Made by a program: the position numbers and the translations under genes. A stretch of 64,000 bases of DNA from Octopus vulgaris (lineage: Eukaryota), in the NCBI GenBank assembly GCA_951406725.2, contig OX597835.1:43214001-43278000 (forward strand), given 5' to 3'. Every line of letters begins with the position of its first letter. Within the stretch, counting starts at the first letter, position 1. This document shows positions 23,395 through 37,500 of the stretch, in pieces. Under the pieces are notes generated by a model, which was not told the DNA's origin, ran no database searches, and was given only the letters and a program-made list of their open reading frames with translations.

Positions 23395-25945
23395 TTAGAG
23401 TAGAATCGATTAGGCATTAGCGGTAGAGGGAGATTTAGTTAGAAAGTTTGATGAGACGCTTGGGACAGGCATCGCAACCAACGTGTTGGCGGCGAGGTTG
23501 GCCCTCGACCAATTTTCGACGCCAAGCACGAAGGCTGTGTTGTCAGGGCTCAGGCACGTTCACTAAGCGTGGAGAGACTAAGGCCGCTCGATGGGTCCAC
23601 GTGGTGAAGCCGAAACGTGACAATAAAGCAACAATTCGGTCTTTGGGGGACCAGAACGGGCGCGAGATATTTGAAGTACAGGAAGCGATGAAAAGCTGCA
23701 CAAGAGGCAAATCACCGGGTTTTGATTGTCTGCGCTACGAACTTTTTTATAGTTCATAGTTCAATGCCAGACTTGTTTGCGGGCCTCTTAGCAGACGTCT
23801 ACTGCAACGGACAACAAAATGGGTGAATCCCCATTTTTGTTTGTCGAGGGGTGGTGGCACTGCTGAGAAAGGACCCAAATAAGTGGGATGTTATAGAAAA
23901 TTTTCGTCCATCACTCTGCTCAATGCAGTGTTGAAGATTTTGGCCAAGGTGTTAAAGCCAAGCTGTTGGCGCTTGTCTTAGACAAGCTGATTGGCGAGGC
24001 ACAAACCTATTTCTTTACTGCCCACAAGGGGCTATATACACAGAGAGGACAAACAAGGACAGACAAAGGGATTAAGACGATTACATCGACCCCAGTGCGT
24101 AACTGGTACTTAATTTATCGACCCCGAAAGGATGAAAGGCAAAGTCGACCTCGGCGGAATTTGAACTCAGAACGTAACGGCAGGCGAAATACGGCTACGC
24201 ATTTCGCCCGGCGTGCTAACGTTTCTGCGCCATCCCAACCAGAACTATTCACGACAACTTCCACCTCATGTGCTACATCGTGGAGAGGGTGGGTAACGAA
24301 GCTGGCATGGGTGGGGCTTTGATCAATTTAGATCAATCAAAAACCTTCGATAGGGTCGACCACCGATACTTGGCAATTGTTCTCAAGGCAGCAGGTTTCG
24401 GTCCGGTCTTCCGTGGTTGGATCGCTGCTTTGTACAGCGGCATCTGCCCGTTGTTCGAGTGAATGGTCACCTTCTAGAACCATCAAGCATCTTGCACTCG
24501 GTCCGTCAACGGTGCCCTCTCTCCTTCCTTCTGTATGTATTAACTCTTGAGCCACTGCTGCGGAAGTTGGAGGCGTTGAGGGGTGTCCCGTGGGAGCAGC
24601 ATATCTGCTTACGCCGATGATGTCATCGTGATAGTGTCGAGCAAGAGGCATGTTATACTTGACTGGAGACAAGAATTTGAAGCGGTGACAGGAGCAAAAA
24701 TTAACGCGGGAAAGTCAGTGGGCTTGCAACTCGGACCTGGAGAGACAAGTCCATGCCGTCCAACAGCGTCGTGAGGCGCTGAAGAGACGGTCCGGTTAAA
24801 CTGCTTCGGGTCTGGTTCGGTCCGGACTCCCGGTGGAGAAAAACTGGGACGAGGTGACCAGCAGGGTGGCCAATCTCACCCAGAAATGGGCCCAGAGGAA
24901 GCTGTCCCTGAAAGGTTGAGCGGAGGTGGTGAATGCGTACATTACATCTGTCATCTATTTCCGCTTGACCGTCGTCCCTTGCCCCGTTTGCTGGTTGACC
25001 AAGCTGGTGCCCTCATTCTTCCGCTTTCTGTGGAAGGAGCGCGTTCCACTTGTCAGGTGCTCCATCTGCTGTCAACAGCCGCTGAATGGAGGGTTGGGCA
25101 TGCCGTGGTTGCTGATGCGCAGACATGCGCTCAAGCTATGGCATCTCCAGCGTTTCCTGGACGGTGAGCTCGTGAGATCACCGTTTGTCAGACTCGTTCT
25201 TCTTATAGCTCGACTCTTTGACTGAACTGCAATTCTGGATTAAGCGTAGACCGAGGAAGGGCACTTGGCACCTCAAGTGCCGTCAAGCGTTTACAGCCCT
25301 CCGCCAGGCGGACTATGCGATCGGTAACAGTTCCACTCTAGCGTTCTATAGGTTAATGGAGGAAAAGTACGACGACATTCTCGGGGAAACTCTTGGCTTC
25401 GACGAGGATCAATTTACTGGTCTGTTTCGGAGAACTTTCAGGCCGGGGCCTATGGATAACTTCCAGAAATCTCTCGCCTGGTAGTGCTACCGCGGCCTAT
25501 TCGAGATAAACTTTACAGGCACGGAAGTGCTGTCAGCCAGGCCTACCCGAGGTGCGCTCAGAGCGACGAAACCGTTCTGCACACACTCGCACAGTTCCCG
25601 AGTATTGCTGACCTGTGGGTTTATGTCGAACAGCTGCTGCCGCGTGTAGGACGGATCCGGCTATCAGCTGAATCCATAGTGAAGATTGCCCCGCCGGCCT
25701 CATTTAACAGGGAGGGGAAGGCAATCTTCATTTGTCTGGTGGCTGTAGCAAAAGAGGTAGTATGGTGGACTCGATTGAAAGGGCTAAAGTCAGACACTTT
25801 CCTCTTTGGCCAAACCCTCATCACCTTTTTCAAATAAAGTGAGGGTGGTGAGGCAAGGTTGTCTTCTAGCAAGTTTGCTGAAAGGTGGGGAAATGTCGGA
25901 GAATGGCCAGTGTGAAAGGAACAATTCTGAGCATACACCTGCAAA
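23395..25945 (+). mobile_element. Tx1/L1-clade LINE ORF2 pseudogene, interrupted by SINE B (24008-24230, minus strand)
   Basis: Motifs KSPGFD.L.YE, ENFRPITLLN, INLDQSKTFDRVDH, VRQRCPLS, AYADDV, GGLGMP, PRC..ETVLH; many frameshifts. Confidence 0.9.
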
Positions 25946-26009
25946 AAAAGGAAATTAAAGAAGGGCTCTTATAATAATAATCATTATTATTATTATTATT
26001 ATCAAGAAA

Positions 26010-26410
26010 GCGGCGAGCTGGCAGAAACATTAGCACGCCGGGCGAAATGCTTAGCGGTATTTCGTCTGCCGTTACGTTGTGAGTTCAAATTCCGCCGAGG
26101 TCGACTTTGCCTTTCATCCTTTCGGGGTCGATAAATTAAGTACTAGTAACGCACTGGGGTCGATGTAATCGACTTAATCCCTTTGTCTGTCCTTGTTTGC
26201 CCACTCTATGTTTAGCCCCTTGTGGGTAATAAAGAAATAGGTATTTCGCCCGTCGCTACGTTCTGAGTTCGAATTTCACCGACGCCGATTGTACCTTTTA
26301 TCCTTTCGGGGTCGATAAAATAAGTACCAGTTAAACACTGGGGTCCTTGTAATCGAACTGCCCTCCTTCCCTCACCAAATTGCTGGCCTTAAGCCAAAAC
26401 TTAAAACCAA
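26010..26410 (+). mobile_element. SINE family B dimer
   Basis: Full head plus two cores. Confidence 0.85.
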
Positions 26411-26524
26411 TATAATACCGGTGAATTATCTTTTATCAGTTTCGTTAAGTATTTTCATTAAATTACTTGAAATATTTCCAATTAAAAAAAAAAGTAATGA
26501 CACAAAAGAACGAGAGTATCATCT

Positions 26525-26935
<411 letters not shown>

Positions 26936-26954
26936 ATGTATGTATGTATGTATG

Positions 26955-26985
<31 letters not shown>

Positions 26986-28307
26986 TGTATGTTTGAATGT
27001 ATGTATGTATACATGTATGTATATATACACACACACACACATACAGTGTATGATGAGTAAATTGTCACTATTTTATATTTTTAATTTCGCGCATGCACAT
27101 TGTTTATTTCTGATTTTGTCGAGTAGGGTCAGTTGGGCACCGTCTGTGAGAAAAACAGCACCATGACGCAATTCGCTCTGCCAAAAATTTGGAAATGACA
27201 TGAGGTTATTGGTTGGCATTCGTGCCGGAAGTTCCAGTATGAACATTTCAGAGTGTTAGGCTGTCAATCTGAAGACAGTTCAGAGGATTTGGAAAGAGTT
27301 GGATGAGTCTAATGGTGATTACGAAGGTACGGCAGCTCGGAAAACTCACTCTGATCGTTCTGATGAGAAAAGAACTCCTGGATTTCTTGGTGAGATCCAG
27401 GCCATGATTGACAATGATCCTTCCAAGTTAATCAGGTCCATCGCCAGGGACATGGGAGTGTTTGGGTTTCTTATCAGGCAGGTAGTGCATGAAGACATTC
27501 GGTATTCCTCATACAAGATGAGAAAGGGCCAATTTTTATTCCGAGCCATCAAAGAAAAGAGGCAAGACCGGGCTACGAAGCTTTTGAGCAAACTCAAGCA
27601 TCACCTCCAACGGAACAGGCTTTGCTTTTTGTCAGACGAGAAAGATTTCTGCCAAGATCAGATAGTGAACACATAGAACAACTGTTGGCTTGCCGTGTCC
27701 CCAAAACATGTACCGAGAGTGATCAAAATCACACATCCAGTTAACATCATGGTGCTTGGAGTGATCACTAGTGATGGCGACATTATGCCTCCATTCATCT
27801 CACACACAGCCACAGACTCAGCACGGGGGCCTACATCAAATGCCTGGATGAGATAGTGCTACCCTGGGTCAAGAGAGTGGCTGCTGAAAGACCCTATATC
27901 TGGCAACAGGACTCTGCACAATATCACACAAGCAGAACTCACTCATGGCTGTCAGGCAATTTCTGCGACCACATCACCCTTAACACCTGGCCACCTAACT
28001 CCCCAGACTGCAACTCCCTTGATTATTATGTTTGGGCACAGTTGAGTGAGAGACCAACAAAACTCCTTGTAATACCAAAGATGAACTAAAGGCAAGGATT
28101 ATGGCAGCATTCACCAGCTTTTAAACAAGGAGACCGTCCAGAAGAGTTGCAGAAGATTCCGAAGTCGTCTGGAGGCCGTGGTTGAAGCTTATGGCGATTT
28201 TATTGAAATTTACTCTTTAGTATTTCAAGATAATTTTATGTAACTTTGGTAAATATATCTGTTGAAATGAGATGTCAGTGTTATTTTCATTTTTGAGTAA
28301 TTTAGAC

Positions 28308-28873
28308 CAGTGCTTCTCAAACTAACCGATGTGCTGAACCGGCAGTGTTTTTTCCAATGTGCCAGGGAGCGGTAATGTTTCTTAGTAAAATTAATTTATA
28401 CCGGAAACAATATATATAATTAGAAATATTGAATTTCTAAATGTCTCAGAGAGACATGAGTGGTGGTGAAGCGATATAGTGGTTGTATACTGTCAGCTCA
28501 ATGTGACAGTCCTGTAAGGAAATTACACCACCGCCATTTAGCCCTAGGAAACATCGACATTTCTTGTCGGCTTTGACACATTTTCTGTGTCCTTATATTT
28601 GCAAAGGGGAGGCAATCAGCCCCGCAAGCCGGGACAAGGCACCTGAAGACATATGTTTCTGAATGTTTTGCTCATCGTGTATTGTAGTGTATTATATATG
28701 ATGAATATAATAAAAGTTGACAATTTTTTAATCTTATATTTATTTTGTAAGCAAATATTATAATATTACATAAGCATTTTATAATGTTTCTTTTCTGGAA
28801 ACTCGCCGCCTACCGGCAGCTGATGGCTCGCGGACCGGTACCAGTCCACAGACTTCCACTTTAAGTAGCACTA
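28308..28873. mobile_element. hAT (Charlie-type) MITE nested in the right TIR of the DD37D element
   Basis: TIR CAGTGCTTCTCAAA / TTTAAGTAGCACTA; perfect 8-bp TSD ATTTAGAC (28300-28307, 28874-28881). Confidence 0.85.
28421..28678 (-). mobile_element. Permuted, truncated copy of the 12051-12404 HHR element
   Basis: Same sequence in a different register; HHR at 28642-28678 is broken within the CUGANGA box. Confidence 0.75.
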
Positions 28874-28974
28874 ATTTAGACGACAGATTATTCACCGCAC
28901 TCTGCACACACAAACACACACACACACACACGCAACAGAGAGAAAGCGTGAAAGATATTCACTGATATATAAAA

Positions 28975-29270
28975 AGTCGTGGAAGGTCCAGATCCCTACT
29001 TCGGAACCGAAAGTTTTATCGTCCACCGAACTGGACGGCACAGCATAATACCAAATATCCTGTATTCTTTATCTCGAATAAGGACCCAATACTGTATCAG
29101 CTTGGGCTTCAAGGGTTCACAACAACAATTCAACATCCTGCTCAACAACCTCAGAGATTTGCGATGTATAAACGAGGAGGTCTTCAAAGGGCTTCTGGGC
29201 AAAGTTCTATCTGAAGCATCAGACGAACCCATATCGTGACAGGAGGCACAAAGAATAGGGGCTCCGTCCA
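28975..29270 (+). mobile_element. CR1/L2-type LINE 3' fragment
   Basis: EG..P.FG...HRTGRHSIIP...SLGFKG.Q.FNIL...LRDL....EVFK..L.K.LS...DEP resembles the C-terminus of CR1-group ORF2. Confidence 0.65.
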
Positions 29271-29403
29271 AATCGCTACTTCACCCCCCCCCAAAAAAAA
29301 ACTGTACAGAAAGCAGATCCAAACATACTGAAAGGCCAGTAATGGATAAAAGCTATACAGTATGGTCCCAGCCTTTATACTGAAACCAGTAATGTGTATA
29401 TAT

Positions 29404-29466
<63 letters not shown>

Positions 29467-29859
29467 CTGTGTAAAGACAGACTAAACGGCGCACACACAT
29501 ATACACACACATACAGGCACACACAGAACTACAGGCAGTCGTACATTTTTTGGGGGGAGGGCAAAAAAGGAGGGTATTGGGATCATTGTTGAAACGGGCA
29601 GGAAAAAAATTTGATAGGAAAAAGCAAAAAAAGAAATAAAATAACAGTAATGAATGAATAAGTACAGAAGAGGGTTGGGGGAGTGTGTGATTGGGTGTTG
29701 AGTGGAATAGGGGAAAGACCAGGTTGCTAAGGGAGAGAGAGAGAGAGAGAGAGTGAGGGGGTGAAGAGAGGAGGAGGGAGAAGGAAAAGAAGAAGAAAAG
29801 AGAGACAGAGCTGATGATGATGGTGATGGTGATTATGTTGAAGGATAGCAAGGAGTAAT

Positions 29860-29872
29860 GGGAGAAGAAGAA

Positions 29873-29931
<59 letters not shown>

Positions 29932-30088
29932 AGAAGAAGAAGAAGGAGAGGAAGAAGGAGAGGAAGAAGAAGAAGAAGAAGAAGAAGAAGAAGGAGAGGA
30001 AGAAGGAGAGGAAATAGAAGTGGAAGAAGAAGAGGAAGAAGGAGAGGAAGAAGGAGAGGAAGAAGAGGAAGAAGAAGGAGAAGAGGAA

Positions 30089-30120
<32 letters not shown>

Positions 30121-30220
30121 AGAGGAAGAAGAAGGAGAAGAAGAAGAAGAAGAAGAAGAAGAAGAAGAAGAAGAAGGAGAGGAAGAAGGAGAGGAAATAG
30201 AAGTGGAAGAAGAAGAGGAA

Positions 30221-30251
<31 letters not shown>

Positions 30252-30322
30252 GAGAAGAAGAAGAAGAAGAAGAAGAAGGAGAAGAAGAAGGAGAGGAAAT
30301 AGAAGTGGAAGAAGAAGAGGAA

Positions 30323-30354
<32 letters not shown>

Positions 30355-30421
30355 GGAAGAAGAAGGAGAAGAAGAAGAAGAAGAAGTGGAAGAAGAAGAG
30401 GAAGAAGGAGAGGAAGAAGAG
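29860..30421. repeat. (GAA/GAG/GGA)n polypurine tract with higher-order duplications
   Basis: GAAATAGAAGTG recurs three times. Confidence 0.95.
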
Positions 30422-30779
30422 AATCTATCAAAACTGTTAACCTCGACATTTATGAAAGAGCCTAAGTTTCCAACGAGGGCGCAGAAACACTGTAGTCACC
30501 TGTCCCATTCGGTGACAGATGGCGTTCATTGAATCGGAAAGGCGACCACAAAAAAACCTATCAAAAGAAAATGTGTCTGGAAGACATCTGCCAAATAAAA
30601 GATTGCTATGGCTTCTTCTGTTGTGCTTATTGATGACCTAAATAGTTTCTAGACTGGCATCAACCAGTTTCAGGCAATGTTAATGGACGTGTTAAGGCTT
30701 CGACTCGCTTGATAAGCAGAGAGGAGAAGACACGCTTATATACACGCGTCAGTGTTTTGTTACATTCGCTAACGTCAAT

Positions 30780-32760
30780 GTACTTCTCTTATTAGCAAAT
30801 GATACTCTTTTCTTTTTTATTACGAGCCGATAGTGTGGGCCTATCTTATTAGCAAATCATAATGTCCGTATTGTATTAGCATACGATAATGTACCAATTT
30901 TATTTGAAGCCCGTAATAGCGTATCTAGCTTATTAACAGTCGATAAGGCACCAATCTCTTTAGCAGACGATAATGCATCTTTAGTTTAAGCGCCTTTTGT
31001 TTTATCAGACATTAATGCACCTCTGGTTTTGTCGGAGATAATTCACCGATTGTTTTAGCAGACGATGGTGCACCAATAGAAGACAATAGTGCAACAATTT
31101 CATCATACGATAAAGCGCCTATTATTTTAGCAAACAATGATGCATCCTATTGTTTTAGCAAAAAATAAAGTGCCTATTCTTTTAACAAACAATAAAGCAC
31201 CTATTGTTTTAGCAGAAGATAATACACTTATAGTTTATCAGACGATAATGCACGGATAGCTGTAAGATCGACAATGCATTTATTGTTCTAATAGACGAGA
31301 ATTAATATATTGCTTTAGCAAGCAATGATGCACCTATTGTTTTAGTAGACGTTAATGCGCCTATTTTATGAGCAGATGATAATGTATCTATTGATTTAGC
31401 AGAAAATTAAATGCCTATTCTTTTAATAGAAGATAACACACCTATTATTTTAGCAGACGATAATGCACCTATTATTTTAGCAGACGATAACGCCCCTATT
31501 GTTTTAGCTGAGGATAAAACACATATTTTGAGAGTTATCGATGATATATCTATCTTATATTAACGGTCGTCAGTGCGCCAATTTTATATGAAGCAGATGG
31601 TAGACTTATTTTACTTGCAAACGATATTGTACATTTTTTATTAACAATTATAATGCACTCAGATTAAAATCCGGTATCCGTGGAAATTGTTCATAATGGT
31701 GGTCTGTGTCAATCGGTTATGAGAGCTGCTGTGAGGAGGTTTGAAGATTTTAAAGGTTTCGGGACTTAGCCCTTTTTTTCTGACAGTGGTGAAGACCATG
31801 GAATGAAAGAAAAATGGAAAAGAGAGAATAGTGATGTTGTTTGGTATGTAAACAAGTAAATGAAGGTAATATACCCTAACTTATTGGGAGAAGATAATGT
31901 ATCTATTAACATTATCAAAGGATAATAATATCGCTATTTCATTGACCACTGGTAGTTTGTATAAATAAATACGGGGGCCTGACCGGTCGCTATCAGTTTA
32001 TACCGATCGCCGTCGAGGCGTCAGCTGTTCGAGAAGCCCGTACTACCGGTTTTCTCCGCAAAATAGGGATAACGGCAGCCCGTCGGAGAAATGAGCCCTC
32101 GAGGTTGGGTGGCTGTGTCGCTGGACATTCTCTGCGGCAACGCCATCCCGGTCTTTATTGCGGAACGCGGCTGAACACTCCACTTATTCTGAGATATGTG
32201 GCCCATTACCCCCTCCTCCCATCTTCCGCTGTCACCCCGCCCCCCCTATTCTTTTTCTTTCTTATACTTTCTTATCTCTCTTCTTTCCCGTTTCTTTATT
32301 TTTTTAATGTTCTAATAAAATAAACTGGTTTTTTTTTCCTACTTGTTACTCCTTAGTATGAAAGGAAGTGAAATTTATTCGGTTTCTGTGATTAAAACTA
32401 TGTTAAATTCTTTATTTACAAAAAAAATTAGTCATGCCGTTCAGAAAAAGCAAGACAACTACATCAACAGACGATACTGTGTCGATAAGCAGAGGATAAT
32501 GTTACTATTTCGCTAAGAGACGAAAGCGTGCCAATTACATTAGCAGAAGATAATGTGCATATTAACTTTTATCAACAGACGATAATGTGGTTATAACATT
32601 AACATACGGTAGCGCGTATATTAAAATATTCAGTGGACATTATTCCTATTACATCAGCAGACGACAATGTGTCAATCAACAGACGATACTGTTACTCTTT
32701 CATTAACAGACGGTAGTGTACCTATTCTTTTTAGCAGACAACAATGTGTCCATTAACTTT
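30780..32760. repeat. Degenerate 27-bp minisatellite, interrupted
   Basis: Unit CCTATTATTTTAGCAGACGATAATGCA; best preserved at 31140-31520. Confidence 0.8.
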
Positions 32761-33052
32761 ATGAATCCCAATCTTTTTCATGGTTTTGGATGGAACTTAC
32801 TCTTGAAAACATTCCTTCAACCGTGATATTGCTAAATGGCATGCTACAAACAGGCATTGTATATTCCAGCAATCCAGTCTCAACAGCTGCATTTGAGTTT
32901 TACTGCTACTCACAATAATTTCTCCATTTTTAAATTGGTCGTCCAAAGCTAAAATAGGGGTTGCGAGAGATGGCTCACCTTGACTTACACAATTGTGTAT
33001 AAATTTTTTTAAAATTTGTTTTGAAAGGTTTTAATATTTCTAGGTATACCTC

Positions 33053-33400
33053 AGCGGTATTTCGTCTGTCTTTACGTTCTGAGTTCAAATTCCGCCGAGG
33101 TCGACTTTGCCTTTCATCCTTTCGGGGTCGATTAAATAAATACCAGTTACGCACTGGGTCGATATAATCGACTTAATCCGTTTGTCTGTCCTTGTTTGTC
33201 CACTCTGTGTTTAGCCCCTTGTGGGTAGTAAAGAAATAGGTATTTCGTCTGTCTTTACGTTCTGAGTTCAAATTCCGCCAAGGTCGACTTTGTCTTTCAT
33301 CCTTTCGGAGTCGATAAATTAAGTATCGGTTGCGTACTGGGTTCGATCTAATCAACTGTCCCTCTACCCAAAAATTTCGGGCCTTGTGTCTAGAGTAGAA
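33053..33400 (+). mobile_element. SINE family B dimer
   Basis: Two Nin-like cores. Confidence 0.85.
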
Positions 33401-34054
33401 GAAGAGAATATTTCTAGGTATTCAGTTCAATAGTTCTTTGCAAGCCCGTCTTAAAAAATAAAAGAGAAAGAAAAACCTTAGATTTTTTAGATACACAGAA
33501 AATTTGTTTTAATGGAATTTTACAGGTGAAAATTTTAAAGAATACTTATCCACAAACGTTTCAAGCACCATCTGTTGCAATAATAGATGAACAGTTTTTA
33601 ATACCAATTCTCACATCGCTCAAGAATTTTTCACGACTTGATACAACACTTCAACTGCAGTTTTTGTAAGAAGAATTAACCTTTAAAAAACTATGATACA
33701 CATATAGCCTGCCGTTAATAGTATCATTTAACACACACACACACATTTTCTTTTCCAATGTTATTTGAATTAATACGAAAGAGATTTTTATCAAAATGTT
33801 TTGTTTTTACTTTTGTTGTAGATGTATTCTTCCCCCACAACTTTTGTCTATCATTTTTGAAATCTGAAAAAAATTTTCCCCTTTTCAGACGATGGAATGC
33901 CAAGTAGACAAACAACAACAGAAACAAACAAGCATGCAAAAAACAAAAAACGAACGAATTTATCTGAAGGCCCATTGGGTTTCTTGTAACAAAACAGCAA
34001 AGTTAGAGTAGTAAACATTTGCGGCTTGCCTCGAAAATTCGTACCGGTGAGCTT

Positions 34055-34230
34055 TGACTGTTCGAGACAAACTTTACAGGCACGGAGGTGCCGTCAACCG
34101 AGCATGTCCGAGATGTGCGCAGGTTGACGAGACGATCCTGCATGCACTCGTCCAGAGCCCGGGCATTGCTAACCTGTGGGTCTTTTCGAACGCCTGCTGT
34201 CGCGTGTGCGACAGATCCGGCTGTGGATCG
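34055..34230 (+). mobile_element. Tx1/L1 LINE zinc-knuckle fragment
   Basis: VRDKLYRHGGAVNRACPRCAQVDETILH. Confidence 0.8.
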
Positions 34231-34231
34231 T

Positions 34232-34517
34232 TCTTGCCACATTGTCATGGCGTCTTTTGTATCGGTCACTTTTGTGCCAATTTCAGGCATTTGCTAATGA
34301 TGTGCTTTTCCGTTTCATTCCTCTTACCACACATTCTGCATTTGTTGGTTGTGTTGTCTATTCTTCACTTCATATAGTTGATCCTTAACGCTTGATCTCG
34401 AGCTGCACATATGAGTGCTTCTGTCTCTATCTTCAGGTCACTCCTTCTCACCCATAGCCACCGGTCCTCTGTATCTCTCTTGGCGTTCACATGACAAATA
34501 CAGAGGACCGGTGGCTA
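34232..34517 (-). mobile_element. R4/Dong-type REL-endonuclease LINE fragment with fold-back 5' junction
   Basis: Reverse translation WLWVRRSDLKIETEALICAARDQALRINY..KCRMCGKRNETEKHIISKC.KLAQK (CCHC knuckle); abuts (ATT)n. Confidence 0.8.
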
Positions 34518-34594
<77 letters not shown>

Positions 34595-34610
34595 TACTAT
34601 TATTATTATT

Positions 34611-35092
34611 GAGTGAGTGAGAGAGCAGTGCATGCCATCAAAGTGACACTGGGGTAAAATATACGACCACCCGTCTGATAAGGATACACCAGGCACATGC
34701 ATCACAACCATATGTGTGCGATATGGTGATCTCATATCAAGGTAAACAGCGCATGACCTTGCAGGTGGGGCCCAGTTAGAATTTTCTTCAGGTTGAGTAG
34801 CCCATCCCACTAAAAAGGTCTCTGAATAAGGGTTGTTTAAGGATGTTGAAAGAACCACCCATGTTTCCAAAGGTAAATTATCCAAACCCCAAAGAATCCC
34901 TCTCAACACATGGCTATGATGCTCCCCCACTACTTCTGCTCGTGATCAGAGATGCACATATCGTCAGCCACTAAGGGACATGCTCAACTGGTTAAGGTCA
35001 AACAACTGACAAGCAAATCTGTGGTATTGAGCAGAATATTTGCTGTAGCCCATCTTTTAGACCAAGACAAAACAATGTACACTTCCAATCAG
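34611..35092 (-). mobile_element. (TAA)n-associated non-coding element, copy 2
   Basis: Homologous to 37501-38054; (ATT)n on both sides. Confidence 0.85.
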
Positions 35093-35100
35093 TATTATTA

Positions 35101-35155
<55 letters not shown>

Positions 35156-35177
35156 GGTTATTGTTATTATTTAGACA

Positions 35178-35375
35178 GCGAGCTGACAGAATCGTTAGCA
35201 ACCCGGGCGAAATACTTAGCGTCCGTCTTTACGTTCTGAGTTCAAATTCCGCCGAGGTTAACTTTGCTTTTCATCCTTTCGGGGTTGATGAAATAAATAC
35301 CAGTTGGGCATTGGAGTCGATGTAATCGACTTACCATTCTCCTAAAATTGCTAGCTTTGCGCCAAAATAAGAAAG
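35178..35375 (+). mobile_element. SINE family B
   Basis: Head plus core. Confidence 0.75.
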
Positions 35376-35609
35376 GGTTGTTTATAGCTTTATGTGCTTC
35401 GAGATCCTCTGTTCCAAAAAATAGAAATATTTCACATCCTTTCGAGAGTTTATGAATTCAATCAAGAAATTGGTTTTAAGTGGGTTTTTGTCTTTTTTTC
35501 TTGCAGACTTCCAAATGCTGCAAACAAGTTCGGTTCTCTTTGGAACCTCTTTGGTCAGTCAAAGCTAAAAGAAAAAAGTTGCAAAATACGGGTTGGCATG
35601 TTTTTGTCT

Positions 35610-35892
35610 TTTCTTTTACTTGTTTCATGCATTCAACTGTGGCCATGCTGGGGCACCGCCTTGGAGTTGTTTTTTTAAATTTTGTTTAGTCGAACGAATC
35701 GCCTCCAGTGCTTATACTTTTTTAAGCTTTCGGTCACTTTTAGCCGAACCAATAAGTTGCGGAGACGTAAACAAACCAATACCGTTATCAGACGATAGTG
35801 GAAGACAAACACACACAAATATACATACACACACATACACACATACACACACACGCACACAAACACACATACACACACACATACACACACAA

Positions 35893-35941
<49 letters not shown>

Positions 35942-35979
35942 CACATACACACACAAACACACATATACACACACATACA

Positions 35980-36028
<49 letters not shown>

Positions 36029-36170
36029 CACACATTTATGCGGCGGGCTTTTTTCAGTTTCCGCCTCCCAAATCCATTCAAAAGGCTTTGGTCGGCCCAG
36101 AAGACAGTTGCCCGAGGTACCACGCAGTGGGATTGAACCTGGAACCATGTGGTTCAGAAACAAACTTTTT
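35610..36170 (-). mobile_element. SINE family A with expanded (CA)n
   Basis: Homology on both sides of the microsatellite. Confidence 0.75.
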
Positions 36171-36607
36171 TTTTACCTTACAGTCATTCTTCGGTGAAAC
36201 TAAAACAAACAAAAAAAAACCCTTTGAAGGGTTTTCGATATTTCTCGACACACAGGTAACTCATTCTTTGTATGCCCATCTCATAAAGCTTAGAGACGTC
36301 GTTGTTCGACATGCAAGAAATAGCAACCAAATATCCATCAATTCCCACTACACATTCTCAAACAATAAGGATTACATTGCGGGGGCGGGGGAAGAAGGAA
36401 TTAGATTAACCTGCAATCTTTATTAATAAACACCTGTCGTACGGTCGGTGGCGAGGGCCATCGCTGGAGGCAATCTGTTACACGAACAGAACAACCAAAC
36501 CAACTACCAGGGTTTCGACCCTCGATTTTCAATTTACTCTGCAACAGATGCTAAGATCATTACAATAAAATAAAATCCTTGTTGTTGTTGTTTTTGCCGT
36601 TGTTGCT

Positions 36608-36608
36608 C

Positions 36609-36669
<61 letters not shown>

Positions 36670-36676
36670 GGTGGTG

Positions 36677-36728
<52 letters not shown>

Positions 36729-36742
36729 AGGTGGTGGTGGTT

Positions 36743-36777
<35 letters not shown>

Positions 36778-36778
36778 G

Positions 36779-36839
<61 letters not shown>

Positions 36840-36961
36840 AGGTGGTGGTGGTGGTGGTGGTGGTGGAGGTGGTGGTGGTGGTGGTGGTAGTAGTAGTAGT
36901 AGTAGTTGTAGTAGTGGTGGTGGAGGTGGAGGTGGTGGTGGTGGTGGAGGTGGTGGTGGTT

Positions 36962-37005
<44 letters not shown>

Positions 37006-37039
37006 TGTTGTTGTTGTTATTATTATTATTATTATTATT
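36608..37039. repeat. (TAG)n/(TGG)n compound microsatellite
   Basis: Direct reading. Confidence 0.95.
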
Positions 37040-37463
37040 GAGTGAGAGAGCAGTGCATGCCATCAAAATGACACTGGGGTAAAATATACGAAGCCCAGTA
37101 TACCCATCATGACTACCCGTCTGATAAGGGTACACCAGGCACATGCATCACAACCATATGTGCGCGACATGGTGATCTCATATCAAGATAAACAGCACAT
37201 GACCTTGCAGGTGGGGCCCAGTTAGAATTTTCTTCTGGTCGAGTAGCCCATCCCGCTCAAAAAGTCCCTGAATAAGGGTTATTTAAGGATGTAGAACCAA
37301 ACACCCATGTTTCCAGAGGTGAATTATCCAAACCCCAAATAATTCCTCTCAACACATAGCTATGATGCTCCCCCACTACTTCTGCTCGTGATCAGAGATG
37401 CACATATCGTCAGCCACTAAGGGACATGTTCAACTGGTTAAGGTCAAACAACTGACAAGCAAA

Positions 37464-37500
<37 letters not shown>

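Larger units (their letters stand above)
27044..28904 (+). mobile_element. Tc1/mariner superfamily DD37D (maT-like) transposon, decayed
   Basis: TA|CAGTGTATGATGAGTAAATTGTC left end, GACAGATTATTCACCGCACTCTG right end; transposase FLSDEK, MVLGVITSDG, WQQD...WPPNSPDCNSLDYYVW (36 residues between the last two D here, 37 in the sister copy). Confidence 0.85.

Noticed and set aside
29858-30532. Poly-Glu ORF (likewise the poly-E/R/S/L ORFs at 46726-47958)
   Set aside because: Translation of a (GAA)n microsatellite that is open in several frames.
31140-31520. 27-bp repeat translating as PIVLADDNA units
   Set aside because: In-frame stops and frameshifts show neutral decay; not coding.
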